Positions 62,711-64,000 of a DNA stretch of 64,000 bases are shown here, one piece after another. Position 1 is the first letter of the stretch; every line of letters begins with the position of its first letter. The translations under genes were made by a program, and so were the position numbers. Below the pieces are notes generated by a model. It did not search any database, was not told the DNA's origin, and worked only from the letters and a program-made list of their open reading frames with translations. Origin of the DNA: Candidatus Bathyarchaeum sp. (lineage in GTDB: Archaea > Thermoproteota > Bathyarchaeia > Bathyarchaeales > Bathyarchaeaceae); the NCBI GenBank assembly GCA_026014565.1, contig JAOZIB010000018.1:131042-195041 (forward strand), written 5' to 3'.

Positions 62711-63946
62711 ATGTCCTCGTTATCCCAGACTTTTATTCAAAACAAGTTTGCTGAATATTACAAAGAAAATTCTGCATCTATCAATGCGCCCTCTTCTTTA
62801 GAACGTCGTGAGTTTGGGTTTCTCCTTCTTGACAAAAAAGTTATGGTTCGGCACAAAAGTTTCAGAAATGTAGAAGATATTCGTTCTTCATTAATTTCTA
62901 TTGTGCCTTCAGATGTTTACTACTCAAGTGCATACTACGAACGACCAATGGAAGAAATGCGGGCAAAAGGCTGGTTAGGTGCAGATTTGGTTTTTGACAT
63001 CGACGCCGACCACATTCCAACTCCGTGTGCATCTCTTCATGATGTTTGGGTTTGTACGGGTTGTGGGGCTTCGGGAAACGGCAAGCCCCCTTCTAAGTGT
63101 TCTAAGTGTAATGGAATAAAATTTAAAGAAAAAACAATGCCTTGTGATATTTGTTTAGAAGCTTCTAAAGTTGAGGCAATCAAACTTTTGGATGTTTTGT
63201 CTGCAGATTTTGGTTTTTCTTTACCGGAGTTAACTGTCGCCTTTTCTGGACATAGGGGCTACCACGTTCATGTTGAGGACAAGTCAGTTCGAGAATTGGA
63301 CTCTTTGGCTCGCAAAGAAATTGTTGATTATTTGATGGGAATCGGTTTAGAGGCAGAATTTCATGGATTAGCAAAAAGCTCAACTGGTTCGAGAAAGGTT
63401 TCGGGTCCAGACTTAAATGACAAAGGTTGGAGAGGAAGAATCGCTAAAGGTACTTATGATTTTCTTCTTACTTCCACAAAAGAAGATTTGATGAAAATTG
63501 GGTTAAAACCACTTCATGTTAAAGCCATATTGAACCATCAAGATGCGATTCTGGAAAGTTGGAACCAAAAAGGTCCTTGGGGAGCAATTCAACACATCAG
63601 TTTAGAGACTTGGAGAAAAATTGCTCAGTATAGTGTGGAACCCCAGTCTGTAAATATCGATACTGTTGTTACTCCTGATGTTAATCGTTTGATACGATTT
63701 CTTAATTCTTTGCATGGTAAAACTGGTTTGAAAAAACTTGAGTTACCTGCTAATAGAATTGATGATTTTGATCCTTTAAAAACGGCAGTAGCTTTTAAGA
63801 GGGGGGAGGTTACTGTTCATGTTTCCAGTGCCCCTCAGTTTAGGGTAGAAGACCAACTTTACGGTCCCTTTGAGCAACAAAAAGTTGAACTACCAACTGC
63901 GGCAGCATTGATGTTACTGTGCAAAGGCATAGCAAAGGTGGTTTAG
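62711..63946 (+). CDS. priS: DNA primase small (catalytic) subunit PriS
   Basis: Catalytic LVFDIDADH, zinc knuckle CTGCG...CSKCNG and SGHRGYHVHV. The track ORF starts at TTG 62684. Confidence 0.9.
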   Translation: MSSLSQTFIQNKFAEYYKENSASINAPSSLERREFGFLLLDKKVMVRHKSFRNVEDIRSSLISIVPSDVYYSSAYYERPMEEMRAKGWLGADLVFDIDADHIPTPCASLHDVWVCTGCGASGNGKPPSKCSKCNGIKFKEKTMPCDICLEASKVEAIKLLDVLSADFGFSLPELTVAFSGHRGYHVHVEDKSVRELDSLARKEIVDYLMGIGLEAEFHGLAKSSTGSRKVSGPDLNDKGWRGRIAKGTYDFLLTSTKEDLMKIGLKPLHVKAILNHQDAILESWNQKGPWGAIQHISLETWRKIAQYSVEPQSVNIDTVVTPDVNRLIRFLNSLHGKTGLKKLELPANRIDDFDPLKTAVAFKRGEVTVHVSSAPQFRVEDQLYGPFEQQKVELPTAAALMLLCKGIAKVV

Positions 63947-63951
63947 TTACC

Positions 63952-64000
63952 TTGTATAATGAAGTGTATGAACTTTGGAAAAAAGAAAAAGAAAACGATG
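63952..64000 (+). CDS. Possible start of a GINS (Gins51-type) subunit, truncated by the window end
   Basis: TTG start 5 nt after the priS stop. Translation (M)YNEVYELWKKEKENDE resembles the archaeal GINS N-terminus (L..W..E....L), and priS-gins adjacency is known in other archaea. Only 16 codons are visible. Confidence 0.3.
   Translation, partial: MYNEVYELWKKEKEND

Noticed and set aside
1-64000. Search for integrases, transposases, toxin-antitoxin pairs, restriction-modification systems, or known defence systems such as SIR2-HerA or DUF4297-HerA.
   Set aside because: I recognised none. The HerA here is paired with a canonical NurA, so it looks like the end-resection pair rather than a defence-type HerA module. 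The methyltransferases have housekeeping contexts (KsgA, METTL5-like) or sit in an efflux cluster.

Overview
Archaeal chromosomal window of about 70 genes, mostly core housekeeping. Family-D DNA polymerase (DP1, DP2) together with an Elf1 homolog argues against both Crenarchaeota and Euryarchaeota, so I infer a TACK/Asgard-type lineage, for example Bathyarchaeia-like. G+C is low to moderate, SD-like GGAG motifs are common, and many genes overlap at ATGA or TTGA junctions.

Content from left to right:
- Partial ABC exporter divergent from a PadR-MFS-methyltransferase cluster.
- tRNA-Leu(CAG) next to a 0.9-kb ORF-free stretch holding decayed copies of the tRNA 3' end.
- IMPase-family gene, Hsp20, a SWIM protein, an RPA-like OB-fold protein, a class-III aminotransferase and Alba.
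- porGDAB, a beta-helix surface protein, and a large membrane protein.
- Sec61beta, which is missing from the ORF track.
- Complete trpEGDCFBA operon, then MazG-like and ArsR-like genes.
- PolD DP2, GGGP synthase and Elf1.
- An AT-rich control region full of ATCACA/TGTGAT boxes around two small DNA-binding-protein genes.
- A wHTH-nurA-herA operon abutting a predicted oriC (four ORB-like boxes plus an AT-rich DUE), then orc1/cdc6 and PolD DP1.
- nadA, nadC, nadB, tRNA-Ser(CGA), Nob1 and aIF5A, followed by a multiply disrupted deoxyhypusine synthase pseudogene.
- Hsp20-like and PAC2 genes, flavodoxin, SRP54 and Pus10.
- L21e-Rpo4-DUF655-KsgA, L10e, and a PEP synthase with a Cys4 insertion.
- Dph2-methylase-Csl4-Rpo11, TFS, then PCNA, PriL, PriS and a likely GINS start.

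I saw no CRISPR array, integrase, transposase or recognisable defence system.

The least explained part is 30.6-37.1 kb: the box arrays, two uncharacterised HTH proteins (one membrane-anchored), and the origin-adjacent wHTH-NurA-HerA operon. All calls come from reading the sequence and ORF translations and recalling family motifs. No database search was run.
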